A stretch of 64,000 nucleotides of DNA from an uncultured Flavobacterium sp. (GTDB lineage: Bacteria > Bacteroidota > Bacteroidia > Flavobacteriales > Flavobacteriaceae): contig NZ_CAMIHH010000001.1 of NCBI RefSeq assembly GCF_946220915.1, positions 3,922-67,921 on the forward strand. Direction: 5' to 3'. Below, piece after piece: positions 8,427 to 17,948 of the stretch (positions are counted from its first letter, which is position 1; each line of letters starts with the position of its first letter). A program made the position numbers and the translations under genes. The notes beneath the pieces were generated by a model, which was not told the DNA's origin, searched no databases, and saw nothing but the letters and a program-made list of their open reading frames with translations.

Positions 8427-9110
8427 ATGCAAAATATCAGGATTGCGGTAGATGCCGTGGTATTTGGCTACCAGGAAGGAAAATTGTACGTGCTGCTGAT
8501 CCGGCAGAAATTCGGCAGTGAAAACGCCTACTGGGCATTGCCCGGCGGACTGGTGCAAGACGATGAGCCATTGATAGAGGCCGTAAAGCGGGAACTGCAG
8601 GAGGAAACCAATGTGGCTATAAATTACCTTGAGCAGCTATATACCTTTGGCGACGACATTGCGCGCGACAGCCGAAACCGTGTAATCTCGGTAGCATATT
8701 TTGCATTGATCGATTCTTCAAAAACCAGCATAAAGGCCGACACCGATGCGGAGAACGTACAGTGGTGTGCGATTGATGATATTCCTGCATTGGCATTTGA
8801 CCATAACCTTATCATTGCAAAAGCCTTAGCACGGCTCAGGGCCAAATTGACCTACCAGCCTGTGGGGTTTGGCCTGCTGCCATCCGAATTTCTTTTTTCG
8901 GATATTGAAAGCCTGTACTCCACCATCCTGCAAAAGGAAATTGACCGCAGGAATTTTCGTAAAAAGTTAATGAGCTTCGGTATTATTGAAGAAACGGGTA
9001 CCGTGTCAGGTAAAAAAGAAGGCCGCCCTGCAAAGTTTTTCCGCTTCAATAAAACCAAATATGAAATAATGGAAAAAGAAGGGTTTCATTTCGAAATTAA
9101 ATTTGCGTAA
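8427..9110 (+). CDS. nrtR: Nudix-related transcriptional regulator (NrtR-like): Nudix hydrolase domain plus C-terminal winged-helix
   Basis: Nudix box GGLVQDDEPLIEAVKRELQEET. It has the ~90-aa C-terminal extension and sits directly upstream of the prs-nadV pair, the classic NrtR regulon context. Confidence 0.7.
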   Translation: MQNIRIAVDAVVFGYQEGKLYVLLIRQKFGSENAYWALPGGLVQDDEPLIEAVKRELQEETNVAINYLEQLYTFGDDIARDSRNRVISVAYFALIDSSKTSIKADTDAENVQWCAIDDIPALAFDHNLIIAKALARLRAKLTYQPVGFGLLPSEFLFSDIESLYSTILQKEIDRRNFRKKLMSFGIIEETGTVSGKKEGRPAKFFRFNKTKYEIMEKEGFHFEIKFA

Positions 9111-9113
9111 AAA

Positions 9114-9162
9114 ATACACAAATTGATTTGCGTGATAATTTTAATTTTTTAACTTTGTGTAT
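9114..9162. promoter_or_regulatory. inverted repeats ATACACAAA ... TTTGTGTAT (plus TTTGCGTGAT / ATAACGCAAA) upstream of prs-nadV; candidate NrtR operator(s)
   Basis: Perfect 9-bp inverted arms at 9114-9122 and 9154-9162. They share the GTGTA/TACAC core with the palindrome in front of nrtR. Confidence 0.3.
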
Positions 9163-9185
9163 AAATAACGCAAAATATAATTGTT

Positions 9186-10013
9186 ATGTTAGTACTCAAT
9201 CTTGATCCGGCATTTACGCCAATAAGCGAAACGGAAATAGCATTCGAATGCTTTACCTTCTACGGAGGTGAGCCGCATATCAAAATCGAGCCTGGTTTTG
9301 ATATTGGCGAACCGGTAACAATAACGCACCGGCTTGACAGCTTTAACCGCTTGGGCGAAATTTGTGTTGCAGCAGATGCCCTGAAACGCATGGGCGTGCA
9401 AAAGATGAATCTTTTCATTCCGTATTTCCCGGGAGCCCGGCAGGACAGGATCATGATACCGGGTGAGCCGCTGACGGTAAAGGTGTACGCCGACATCATC
9501 AATGCGATGGGTTTTTCGGAAGTGATGGTTTTCGATCCGCATTCCGAAGTAGCGCCCGCCCTTATCAATAATTGTAAGATTGTGCTAAATTATGCTTTCA
9601 TTGCTGAGGTAATTGAAGCCACGGGCACCAATGTGAAACTGATCTCTCCCGATGGGGGCGCTTTGAAGAAGATATATAAAGTGTCCGAATATCTTGGCGG
9701 CAGGGAAGTGGTGGAATGCAGTAAGAGCAGGGACGTTAAAACAGGCAGGCTTTCAGGTTTCAAAGTGTATGAAGATGATCTTGCCGGTGCCGACTGCCTA
9801 ATCGTAGATGACATTTGCGATGGTGGCGGAACCTTTGCGGGACTGGCAGAAGAACTGAAAAAGAAGAACGCCGGCAGGCTGTTCCTTGCGGTGAGCCACG
9901 GGATATTCAGCAAGGGGTTTGAGATGTTTGGCGATTTTGATAAAATATTTACGACCAATTCATTTTCGGATATTGAAAATGAAAAAGTACAACAGATAAA
10001 AATTAAGCTATAA
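9186..10013 (+). CDS. prs: ribose-phosphate pyrophosphokinase-like protein (PRPP synthetase paralog associated with nadV)
   Basis: Phosphoribosyltransferase type-I fold with PRPP-binding loop CLIVDDICDGGGT. About 275 aa, shorter than canonical Prs and typical of the nadV-linked form. Confidence 0.7.
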   Translation: MLVLNLDPAFTPISETEIAFECFTFYGGEPHIKIEPGFDIGEPVTITHRLDSFNRLGEICVAADALKRMGVQKMNLFIPYFPGARQDRIMIPGEPLTVKVYADIINAMGFSEVMVFDPHSEVAPALINNCKIVLNYAFIAEVIEATGTNVKLISPDGGALKKIYKVSEYLGGREVVECSKSRDVKTGRLSGFKVYEDDLAGADCLIVDDICDGGGTFAGLAEELKKKNAGRLFLAVSHGIFSKGFEMFGDFDKIFTTNSFSDIENEKVQQIKIKL

Positions 10014-10043
10014 TACAAAGTACAATAACAAAACCATACTACC

Positions 10044-11498
10044 ATGAACCCATTACTATTAACCGACGGCTATAAAGTGGACCACCGCAGGCAGTACCCT
10101 GACGGCACCACACTGGTATACTCGAACTGGACACCCCGAAAATCACGCATAGAAGGCGTAGATGAGGTGGTATTCTTCGGGTTGCAGTACTTCATCAAAA
10201 AATACATCCTTGAAGACTTTGAACGCTACTTTTTTGCAAAGCCAAAAGAAGAAGTGATACAGCAGTATTCCCGCCGCATTGATAACTACCTTGGCGAAAA
10301 TAATGTGGGCACCGAACATATTGCAGCATTGCATGACCTTGGCTACATTCCAATGGTCTTCAAAGCCCTGCCGGAAGGGGCAGGCGTGCCCGTACGCGTA
10401 CCTATGTTCACAATGTACAATACGTTGCCGGAGTTTTTCTGGCTGACCAATTATTTTGAAACACTACTTTCCAATGTAGTTTGGCTGCCCTGCAACTCGG
10501 CTACCATTGCCAAAGAATACCGCAGGATTTTAGATAAGTATGCATTGGAAACATCATCGGTGCCGGAGTTTGTAAACTGGCAGGCCCACGACTTCTCAAT
10601 GCGCGGCATGGCAGGAATCGATGCTTCGCTGGTATCCTCGGCGGCACACCTGCTCAGCTTTACCGGCACCGACACCATTCCGGCCATCGACTTCCTGGAG
10701 CAGTATTACAATGCCAATTCAGACAGCGGACTCATCGGCGGCTCGGTACCCGCCACGGAGCATTCGGTAATGTGCATGGGTACGACCGAGGGCGAATACG
10801 AAACCTTTAAGCGCCTGATTACAGAGGTGTACCCAAAAGGAATTGTATCGATCGTTTCGGATACGTGGGACTTATGGAAAGTACTTACCGACTATCTGCC
10901 CCGCCTGAAAGAGGAGATCACAGCCCGTGAAGGCAAAGTAGTGGTGCGCCCCGACAGTGGCAACCCGATTGACATACTGTGCGGTAACCCTGACGGCAAA
11001 ACAGAGCAGGAACGTAAAGGCGTGGTGGAATTGCTGTGGGATGTGTTTGGCGGTACTACTAACGACAAGGGCTACAAAGAACTTATCCCACAGATTGGCG
11101 CGATTTATGGCGACAGCATTACCCTGGACCGTGCCACACAAATATGTGAAAGGCTAAAGCAGAAGGGCTTTGCAAGTACTAACGTCGTGCTGGGCATCGG
11201 CTCATTTACCTACCAGTACAATACACGCGATACCTTTGGCTTTGCAATGAAGGCAACCTATGGCGAGGTAAATGGTGAAGGCCGTGAGATATTCAAAGAC
11301 CCGGTAACCGATGACGGTACCAAGAAATCGGCAAAAGGATTAATGAAGATTACTTATGAAAACGGCACATACCAACTTCAGGATCAAGTAAGCTGGGACG
11401 AAGAGCAGCATGGCGAACTTAAAGAAGTTTTCAGGGACGGGAAGCTATTGGTTGACTATTCGCTGGGTGAGATCAGGGAGAGGATAGCCTCTGTGTAA
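10044..11498 (+). CDS. nadV: nicotinamide phosphoribosyltransferase (NAMPT / NadV)
   Basis: N-terminus MNPLLLTDGYKVDHRRQYP and overall ~484-aa length match NAMPT-family type II PRTases. Confidence 0.85.
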   Translation: MNPLLLTDGYKVDHRRQYPDGTTLVYSNWTPRKSRIEGVDEVVFFGLQYFIKKYILEDFERYFFAKPKEEVIQQYSRRIDNYLGENNVGTEHIAALHDLGYIPMVFKALPEGAGVPVRVPMFTMYNTLPEFFWLTNYFETLLSNVVWLPCNSATIAKEYRRILDKYALETSSVPEFVNWQAHDFSMRGMAGIDASLVSSAAHLLSFTGTDTIPAIDFLEQYYNANSDSGLIGGSVPATEHSVMCMGTTEGEYETFKRLITEVYPKGIVSIVSDTWDLWKVLTDYLPRLKEEITAREGKVVVRPDSGNPIDILCGNPDGKTEQERKGVVELLWDVFGGTTNDKGYKELIPQIGAIYGDSITLDRATQICERLKQKGFASTNVVLGIGSFTYQYNTRDTFGFAMKATYGEVNGEGREIFKDPVTDDGTKKSAKGLMKITYENGTYQLQDQVSWDEEQHGELKEVFRDGKLLVDYSLGEIRERIASV

Positions 11499-11572
11499 GA
11501 TATTAGACGGATATATGATAGATGAGAGACTTGCGTGCATCAAATTACCGCATCAACAAATAAACCTATCAA

Positions 11573-12064
11573 CTATTTATTCAGCCACCATATCGAAGCA
11601 GTAAGCACTGTGGCAAACGTTACCCACAGCAGGTAAAGGATGAATATGTAGCCCGATATTTTATTGATCTTGTTGAATTGTACGAAAGTTTCATAGATCA
11701 TGAGCCATAGCAGGATGATCTCAATCAGTGCCAGCAACGGATTGTGCAGCCCGAAAAACAGGTACGACCACAAAGCATTCAGTGCCAGTTGCACCCCGAA
11801 AAAGGTCAGCCCCTTTTTTACGCTTTCGGGCTGTTCGCCAATACGGCCCCACACCAGCCCGGCGGCAAGTCCCATCAGGATGTACAATGTTGTCCATACG
11901 GGTGCAAATACCCAGTTAGGCGGGTTGAACACCGGTTTTTCAATGGTCTTATACCAGGTTTCAACACCTTCCTGGGTAAACTGTCCGGACAAATAACCGA
12001 TGCCCACGCACGTGGCGATCATTACCAGTATTTTGAATGTGAGTGATAGTGACGGATTTTCCAT
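11573..12064 (-). CDS. tspO: TspO/MBR family tryptophan-rich sensory protein
   Basis: Five-TM protein with Trp-rich motifs (PPNWVFAPVWTTLY, WSYLFFG). Confidence 0.85.
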   Translation of the reverse strand: MENPSLSLTFKILVMIATCVGIGYLSGQFTQEGVETWYKTIEKPVFNPPNWVFAPVWTTLYILMGLAAGLVWGRIGEQPESVKKGLTFFGVQLALNALWSYLFFGLHNPLLALIEIILLWLMIYETFVQFNKINKISGYIFILYLLWVTFATVLTASIWWLNK

Positions 12065-12163
12065 AGGGATAAAGGTAAGCCGAATTTTATTTTGCCGTGT
12101 GAAAATTTTTATAAAGCATGATAGAAACGAAAAATCCGGGTAAAAATTTGCGTAGCTAAATAA

Positions 12164-12183
12164 CTACACATACATTTGTAGTC
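12164..12183. promoter_or_regulatory. inverted repeat ACTACA-N8-TGTAGT upstream of the arsR-family gene; candidate ArsR/SmtB operator
   Basis: Perfect 6-bp arms located 14 bp upstream of the ATG at 12197. Confidence 0.3.
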
Positions 12184-12196
12184 AAATGACGACACG

Positions 12197-12538
12197 ATGA
12201 ATTTACGACGAGATCCTTTCCAGGCAATAGCCGATCCTACCCGCAGGGCTATACTGATGCTGCTGAGCTCGCAGGCCATGACCGCCGGTACGATAGCCTC
12301 GAAGTTTGATACTGCCAGGCCAACGGTTTCCAAACACCTCCAGATACTGACTGAGTGCGAACTGCTTCGGCAGGAGCAGAACGGAAGGGAAATATACTAC
12401 CACCTCAACCCGAAAAAAATGAAGCAGATCGCCGATTTCATCGAGCCGTTCCGCCAGATGTGGGATGAGAGGTTTAACAAACTGGAAGAGATCATGAAAA
12501 CATACCAAACCAACAAATACTATGGAACTGAAGACTAA
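12197..12538 (+). CDS. ArsR/SmtB-family transcriptional regulator
   Basis: HTH_5 signature [14 protein letters not shown]...[10 protein letters not shown]...VSKHLQIL. Confidence 0.85.
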   Translation: MNLRRDPFQAIADPTRRAILMLLSSQAMTAGTIASKFDTARPTVSKHLQILTECELLRQEQNGREIYYHLNPKKMKQIADFIEPFRQMWDERFNKLEEIMKTYQTNKYYGTED

Positions 12539-12989
12539 AGTGCATGCCGAAGACGGCAAACAGGAACTGACCATTACGCGCGTTTTCGAACTTCCTGTGC
12601 GGCTGCTCTTCAGGGCCTATGAGGATGCGGATATTTTTGCCCAATGGATGGGGACGAAAGTATTGAAATATGAAAGCTGCAGGCACGGCAGTTATTCGTT
12701 CGAGACAAATGGGCCTGATGGGAATGTGGCTTTCCGGGCATCGGGTGTTTTTCATGAATTCCTTACAGACAAAAAGATCATACGTACATTCGAAATGGAG
12801 GATGCAGCATTTGGCGTGCAGCTGGAATTTCTGGAATTTGAAAGCCTGACTAATTATACCAGCAAGCTTACCATGCACATTGTGTATCGATCGGGCGATG
12901 TGCGGGATCAAATGCTGAAACTGCCTTTTGCATACGGCATCAGTATGGCGCACGACCGTTTGGAGGAAATTGTCAGTAAAGTAAAATAA
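12522..12989 (+). CDS. SRPBCC-superfamily protein (Aha1/AHSA1-like)
   Basis: About 155 aa with an AHSA1-like N-terminus ([29 protein letters not shown]). It overlaps arsR by 17 nt, a common ArsR-SRPBCC pairing. Confidence 0.75.
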   Translation: MELKTKVHAEDGKQELTITRVFELPVRLLFRAYEDADIFAQWMGTKVLKYESCRHGSYSFETNGPDGNVAFRASGVFHEFLTDKKIIRTFEMEDAAFGVQLEFLEFESLTNYTSKLTMHIVYRSGDVRDQMLKLPFAYGISMAHDRLEEIVSKVK

Positions 12990-12995
12990 CGGGAT

Positions 12996-13370
12996 ATGTC
13001 AAAAACAGACAAGATCATTTATTGGGTCGCGACCATATGGCTGGCCCTGGGTATGCTATCTACAGGCATTGTGCAATTGCTACAGGTTGAAGAGGAAGCA
13101 GTAATGATTCAACGCCTCGGATACCCCGGCTACATCATGCCGCTTCTTGGCGTATGGAAAATACTGGGTGTTATTATAATACTCATGCCAAAAACAGCGG
13201 TTGTGAAAGAGTGGGCATATGCAGGGTTTTTCTTTGCAATGTCGGGGGCAATTGTGTCACATATTGCCATAGGAGATGGGGTATTGGAATTATTGGGCCC
13301 CATATTATTGATTATACTGACAGTAGTATCGTGGCATTTCAGGCCGGAAGAAAGAAAAGTCAATGCTTAA
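12996..13370 (+). CDS. DoxX-family membrane protein
   Basis: Four-TM, 124 aa, with DoxX-like hydrophobic helices. Confidence 0.75.
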   Translation: MSKTDKIIYWVATIWLALGMLSTGIVQLLQVEEEAVMIQRLGYPGYIMPLLGVWKILGVIIILMPKTAVVKEWAYAGFFFAMSGAIVSHIAIGDGVLELLGPILLIILTVVSWHFRPEERKVNA

Positions 13371-13420
13371 GAAGGACAGGGAGTATTTTTTGTAAATTGT
13401 AAACATCAAACAACAATCAT

Positions 13421-13984
13421 ATGGCAGCTAAAAAAGAACTATCGCAAGACCAGCGTGACGCGCTGTTTAATGTTTTGAAAACACGCTTTAAAAAGAACAT
13501 GGGCCGCCACGAAGGCATTCAATGGGAAAAGGTACAGGAACGGCTCGAAGCCAATCCCGGTAAGCTGTGGTCGCTTGATGCGATGGAAGAAACGGAAGGC
13601 GAACCGGATGTTGTGGGCATTGATGAAAAGACACGGGAATTCCTGTTTTATGACTGTTCGGCAGAAAGCCCAAAAGGCCGCCGCAGTGTATGCTACGACC
13701 ACCAGGCGCTGGAATCGCGCAAGGAAAACAAGCCCGGGCATAGCGCCATAGGCTTGGCTGCAGAAATGGGTGTTGAAATTTTGACCGAAGAAGAGTACCG
13801 CCAGTTGCAGCAACTTGGGAAATTTGATTTAAAAACCTCAAGCTGGGTAGCAACGCCTGCAGATATACGCAAGCTCGGCGGTGCGGTGTTTTGTGACAGG
13901 AGGTATGGTACAATATTTTTATATCATAATGGAGCGGAATCATATTATGCCGCGAGGGGGTTCAGGGGGAAATTAAAAGTATAG
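13421..13984 (+). CDS. hypothetical protein (DUF4256-like?)
   Basis: 187 aa, soluble, with no catalytic motif I recognise. It follows the ArsR-SRPBCC-DoxX genes. Confidence 0.55.
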   Translation: MAAKKELSQDQRDALFNVLKTRFKKNMGRHEGIQWEKVQERLEANPGKLWSLDAMEETEGEPDVVGIDEKTREFLFYDCSAESPKGRRSVCYDHQALESRKENKPGHSAIGLAAEMGVEILTEEEYRQLQQLGKFDLKTSSWVATPADIRKLGGAVFCDRRYGTIFLYHNGAESYYAARGFRGKLKV

Positions 13985-14089
13985 TATTGCATATTTGAGA
14001 ATCTTTGTGTTTTCTTCGCGCAAGTTTGTGGAATGCTCTTTTGATAAACACAAGGGGTAATCATTATCTTTGCCCCAAAATCACTCCAA

Positions 14090-15166
14090 ATGACCGAAAA
14101 GGATTTCATCCCTTCCGCATATTCCAAAACGTTAGAGAAAGGCAGCTTTGAATGGAGCGCTCCCAGCAACATCGCCCTTGTAAAATACTGGGGCAAAAAA
14201 GCCAGCCAGATACCGGCCAACCCTTCTATCAGTTTTACGCTGAACGAATGCAAGACGATTACGAAACTCGCTTACGAGCATAAGGAGAATTCGGGAATAT
14301 CCTTTGACCTGCTTTTTGAAGGCCAGCCCAAAGAAAGTTTCCGCCCGAAAATTGAAAAATTCTTCGAAAGGACTGCGGAATACCTTCCGTTTGCAAAGGA
14401 TTATAATTTTACCATAGATACCCGCAATACGTTCCCGCACAGTTCGGGCATCGCGTCGTCGGCATCGGGAATGGCGGCACTGGCAGTCAACCTGATGAGC
14501 CTGGAGCGTGAACTTAACCCGGCAATGACCGACGAGTACTTTAACCAAAAAGCTTCCTTCCTGGCGCGTTTGGGCTCTGGCAGTGCGGCACGGAGCATCA
14601 AAGGCAAAGTGGTGATATTCGGGGAGCATGAAGGCACGCCGGGCAGTTCCAACCTTTACGGGACGGAATTTGCCAATTTGCATGAAACATTCCAAAATTA
14701 CAAGGACACGATACTCCTGGTGGATAAAGGTGAAAAGCAGGTGAGCAGCTCGGTAGGGCACGACCTGGTACACGGACATCCGTTTGCCGAAGAGCGCTTT
14801 AAGCAGGCGCACCGCAACCTGTCGGCCATGAAGGATATACTTTCTGCGGGCGACCTCGATGGGTTCATTAAATATACCGAAAGCGAGGCGCTGATACTCC
14901 ATGCCATCATGATGACGAGCATGCCGTATTTCATATTGATGAAGCCCAACACGCTTGAGATCATTAACCATATCTGGAAATTCAGGCAGGACACGGGTAC
15001 ACCTGTTTGCTTTACGCTCGATGCCGGAGCCAATGTGCATGTGCTTTATCCTGAAAGCGTTGCGGCCGGGGTTTTGGATTTTATCAAGTCAGAATTACTT
15101 GCATACTGCCAGAATAACCAGTACATTTGCGATGAGGTTGGTACGGGCGCGTTAAGTTTATACTAA
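14090..15166 (+). CDS. mvaD: diphosphomevalonate decarboxylase
   Basis: GHMP-kinase-fold decarboxylase signature: WSAPSNIALVKYWGKK near the N-terminus and SSGIASSASGMAAL. Confidence 0.85.
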   Translation: MTEKDFIPSAYSKTLEKGSFEWSAPSNIALVKYWGKKASQIPANPSISFTLNECKTITKLAYEHKENSGISFDLLFEGQPKESFRPKIEKFFERTAEYLPFAKDYNFTIDTRNTFPHSSGIASSASGMAALAVNLMSLERELNPAMTDEYFNQKASFLARLGSGSAARSIKGKVVIFGEHEGTPGSSNLYGTEFANLHETFQNYKDTILLVDKGEKQVSSSVGHDLVHGHPFAEERFKQAHRNLSAMKDILSAGDLDGFIKYTESEALILHAIMMTSMPYFILMKPNTLEIINHIWKFRQDTGTPVCFTLDAGANVHVLYPESVAAGVLDFIKSELLAYCQNNQYICDEVGTGALSLY

Positions 15167-15218
15167 AATTAAAAAGTAACCGTTTTTATCGTACCTTTAT
15201 AGCTCAATAGAACGATAC

Positions 15219-16157
15219 ATGAAAGGACCATTATTCTACTCGAAAATCCTGCTCTTCGGAGAGTATGGCATCATTAAGGATTCTAAAGGATTGTCCATTC
15301 CCTATAACTTTTACAACGGTGCACTCAAGATAGAGGGCAAGGATTCGGCAGGGGCGCAAAAGTCAAATGCCAGCCTGAAGCGTTTTGCAGCTTTCCTTGA
15401 AACACTGCAAATGGAGCAGCCGGAACTGGTAACTTTCGACCTTGATACTTTAAGCAGGCATCTGGAAGAAGGCATGTACTTCGATTCTACAATACCACAA
15501 GGTTATGGCGTGGGCAGCAGCGGGGCACTTGTCGCCGCTATTTACGACCGTTACGCCAACGACAAGATAACCGTGCTGGAAAACCTTACACGTGAAAAGC
15601 TTTTGCAGCTAAAGAAGATATTCGGGCAAATGGAATCGTTCTTCCACGGAAAGAGTTCGGGACTTGACCCGCTGAATAGCTACCTCAGCATCCCGATCCT
15701 GATCAACTCACAGGACAATATCGAGACCACGGGCATCCCGAGCCAGGGCGCTACCGGTAAAGGCGCGGTATTTCTGCTGGATTCCGGCATTGTGGGCGAA
15801 ACCGCGCCGATGGTTTCCATTTTTATGGAGAATCTTAAGGAGCAGGGCTTCCGCGATATGTTCAGGAAAGAGTTTGCACAATATACCGATGCCTGTGTGG
15901 ACAACTTTCTGCACGGCGACTTCAAATCGCTTTTTTCGAATACCAAGAAACTTTCAAAAGTAGTGCTGAGTAACTTTAAGCCGATGATCCCGGAGCAGTT
16001 CCATTCGGTTTGGCAAAAAGGCATTGACACCAACGATTACTACCTGAAGCTTTGCGGATCCGGCGGCGGCGGCTACATTCTGGGCTTTACCGAAGACCTT
16101 GAGAAAGCAAAAAAATCCCTTGAAGGGCACAAGCTCGAAGTTGTGTACCATTTCTAA
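15219..16157 (+). CDS. mvk: GHMP kinase, putative mevalonate kinase
   Basis: N-terminal SKILLFGEYGI and Gly-rich GYGVGSSGALVAA ATP motif, adjacent to mvaD. Whether it is a mevalonate or a phosphomevalonate kinase is uncertain. Confidence 0.65.
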   Translation: MKGPLFYSKILLFGEYGIIKDSKGLSIPYNFYNGALKIEGKDSAGAQKSNASLKRFAAFLETLQMEQPELVTFDLDTLSRHLEEGMYFDSTIPQGYGVGSSGALVAAIYDRYANDKITVLENLTREKLLQLKKIFGQMESFFHGKSSGLDPLNSYLSIPILINSQDNIETTGIPSQGATGKGAVFLLDSGIVGETAPMVSIFMENLKEQGFRDMFRKEFAQYTDACVDNFLHGDFKSLFSNTKKLSKVVLSNFKPMIPEQFHSVWQKGIDTNDYYLKLCGSGGGGYILGFTEDLEKAKKSLEGHKLEVVYHF

Positions 16158-16160
16158 CCT

Positions 16161-16715
16161 GTGCACAGCGTTTCTGATATACTGGCTGTACTGCTGCAAT
16201 CCGTTTTCGTGGGTTTCGGTATTGTTATTCCTATCGTTGCCTTGATTAAAACTTCAAATCTAAAATCTATTGCGGTTAAGGATCTGTTTATCCTGACAAG
16301 TGTACAGATGGTACGCATTGCGGGGATCCTTTATATAATAATAAGCTATCTCCTGGTATTACAGCGAATGAAGGCGATTGAAATAACCGGTGACCGGGAT
16401 GCTTTTATGTTTGGACAGCTTTTATCCCCGATATTGTATTTTTTGCTCAGCCAGTTATTTTGGATTCGAAAACTGTATATGAAGAAAGCGGCGTTGATAA
16501 TTTTTGCTTTATTGATCCTGACTCTCCCTTCACAACGTGTTTTGGCTATTTTTATGTCGCAGGGCACTGATTATTTCCGGAGATTAGGAGGTGGTATGTT
16601 TACCGGCAATGCCATTATCGAAACCGCGCTTAATGTGGTTGTGTTCATCTTCATTGTTTTTACCATAATGCTGGCCGGAGGGAAGCTGAAGGATATTGTC
16701 GGGAAACAGTCTTAG
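16161..16715 (+). CDS. hypothetical polytopic membrane protein
   Basis: Five or six predicted TM helices. It sits between the mevalonate kinase and the UbiA prenyltransferase. The true start may be internal. Confidence 0.45.
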   Translation: MHSVSDILAVLLQSVFVGFGIVIPIVALIKTSNLKSIAVKDLFILTSVQMVRIAGILYIIISYLLVLQRMKAIEITGDRDAFMFGQLLSPILYFLLSQLFWIRKLYMKKAALIIFALLILTLPSQRVLAIFMSQGTDYFRRLGGGMFTGNAIIETALNVVVFIFIVFTIMLAGGKLKDIVGKQS

Positions 16716-16786
16716 CATCAATTACCAAGTGTTTCGCGCAATATCTTCTTATCTTTACAGTTCAATTTAAAACCGAAAATATTTAA

Positions 16787-17707
16787 ATGGCTTCAAGGAA
16801 ATCACGTCTCACCCGCATGAAGGTACTCAGCATGTTCTCGGTGGTGCGTGGCTACAACATTCCTATTATTGCCCTGGCGCAATACCTTTCGGCCATATTC
16901 ATACTGGCTCCTGAGCAAAGGGCGCTTGATGTAATCCTAGACCTTAACCTGTTCTTCATTGTGCTGGCCTCATCGCTTACCATTGCTTCGGGGTACATCA
17001 TCAATAACTTTTACGATGCGCAAAAAGACCTAATAAACCGCCCTAAAAAGTCCATGCTGGACAGGCTGGTAAGCCAGGGTACAAAGTTGAGGGTGTATTT
17101 TCTCCTCAACTTCATTGTGTTCCTGCTCGCATGGTTGGTATCGTGGCGGGCTGCGGTATTTTTTTCGGCCTACATTTTCCTCATATGGTTCTACTCCCAC
17201 AAGCTTAAGCGTTATCCGCTCATTGGCAACCTTACTGCGGCGGTGCTGGCAGTGTTGCCTTTTTTTGGCATACTGATGTACTTTAAGAATTTTTACCAGG
17301 TAATCTTTGCCCATGCCACGTTCCTGTTCCTGCTGATCCTTACCCGGGAGCTGATAAAAGACCTTGAGAACATCAAGGGCGACATCGTGGCCGACTACCG
17401 TACCATACCCGTCATGTTTGGCGAACGTACCGCAAAGGCAATTATCATGGGACTGACCTTCCTTACCGTCATTCCTGTTTTTTTGTTGATAGAAGTGTAT
17501 GATGTCGGTTATATGGATATGTATTTTTATGGTGGCATGATCGTAATCATTTACTTCCTTAGCCTCCTTTGGAAAGCCGAAACCCAACAGCATTACCTGC
17601 GCCTTCACAATATCCTGAAGTTCCTTATCGTGACAGGGGTATTCTGCATAGTGCTTATTGATCCATCGGTAGTGGTGCATGGGAGGAAGCTGCTTTCGAT
17701 GATTTGA
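16787..17707 (+). CDS. UbiA-family prenyltransferase
   Basis: Polytopic, with the Asp-rich motif NNFYDAQKD and a second motif KDLENIKGD. Confidence 0.8.
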   Translation: MASRKSRLTRMKVLSMFSVVRGYNIPIIALAQYLSAIFILAPEQRALDVILDLNLFFIVLASSLTIASGYIINNFYDAQKDLINRPKKSMLDRLVSQGTKLRVYFLLNFIVFLLAWLVSWRAAVFFSAYIFLIWFYSHKLKRYPLIGNLTAAVLAVLPFFGILMYFKNFYQVIFAHATFLFLLILTRELIKDLENIKGDIVADYRTIPVMFGERTAKAIIMGLTFLTVIPVFLLIEVYDVGYMDMYFYGGMIVIIYFLSLLWKAETQQHYLRLHNILKFLIVTGVFCIVLIDPSVVVHGRKLLSMI

Positions 17708-17948
17708 TCCTTTAACCACATAGAACATAGCTTTTATCAGGCTACATAATCCGCACATAGATGAAACTAAGCCTCAAACGCTGTGTACCTCTTGTGATTA
17801 AAATTTTATGCAGGCAGTGTAAGCCGATGTGCCCATGTTGTTAAATGAAAGGCTTGCATTAATCTGTGAAAACCTGCCTAATCAGCGTCATCCGCGTTTC
17901 TCATGTTCCAAATAAATATTGACTATCTTTGCACAAATATCTCTACAA

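Noticed and set aside
14132-15040. 302-aa ORF antisense to diphosphomevalonate decarboxylase
   Set aside because: The sense-strand protein has clear GHMP motifs. The antisense translation is Arg/His-rich with no motif.
17708-17948. Possible small hairpins (aggcag...ctgcct, aagcc...ggctt) between the ubiA-like gene and rluB as an sRNA
   Set aside because: The stems are short (5-6 bp) with large loops and no terminator-like T-run. The evidence is insufficient from sequence alone.
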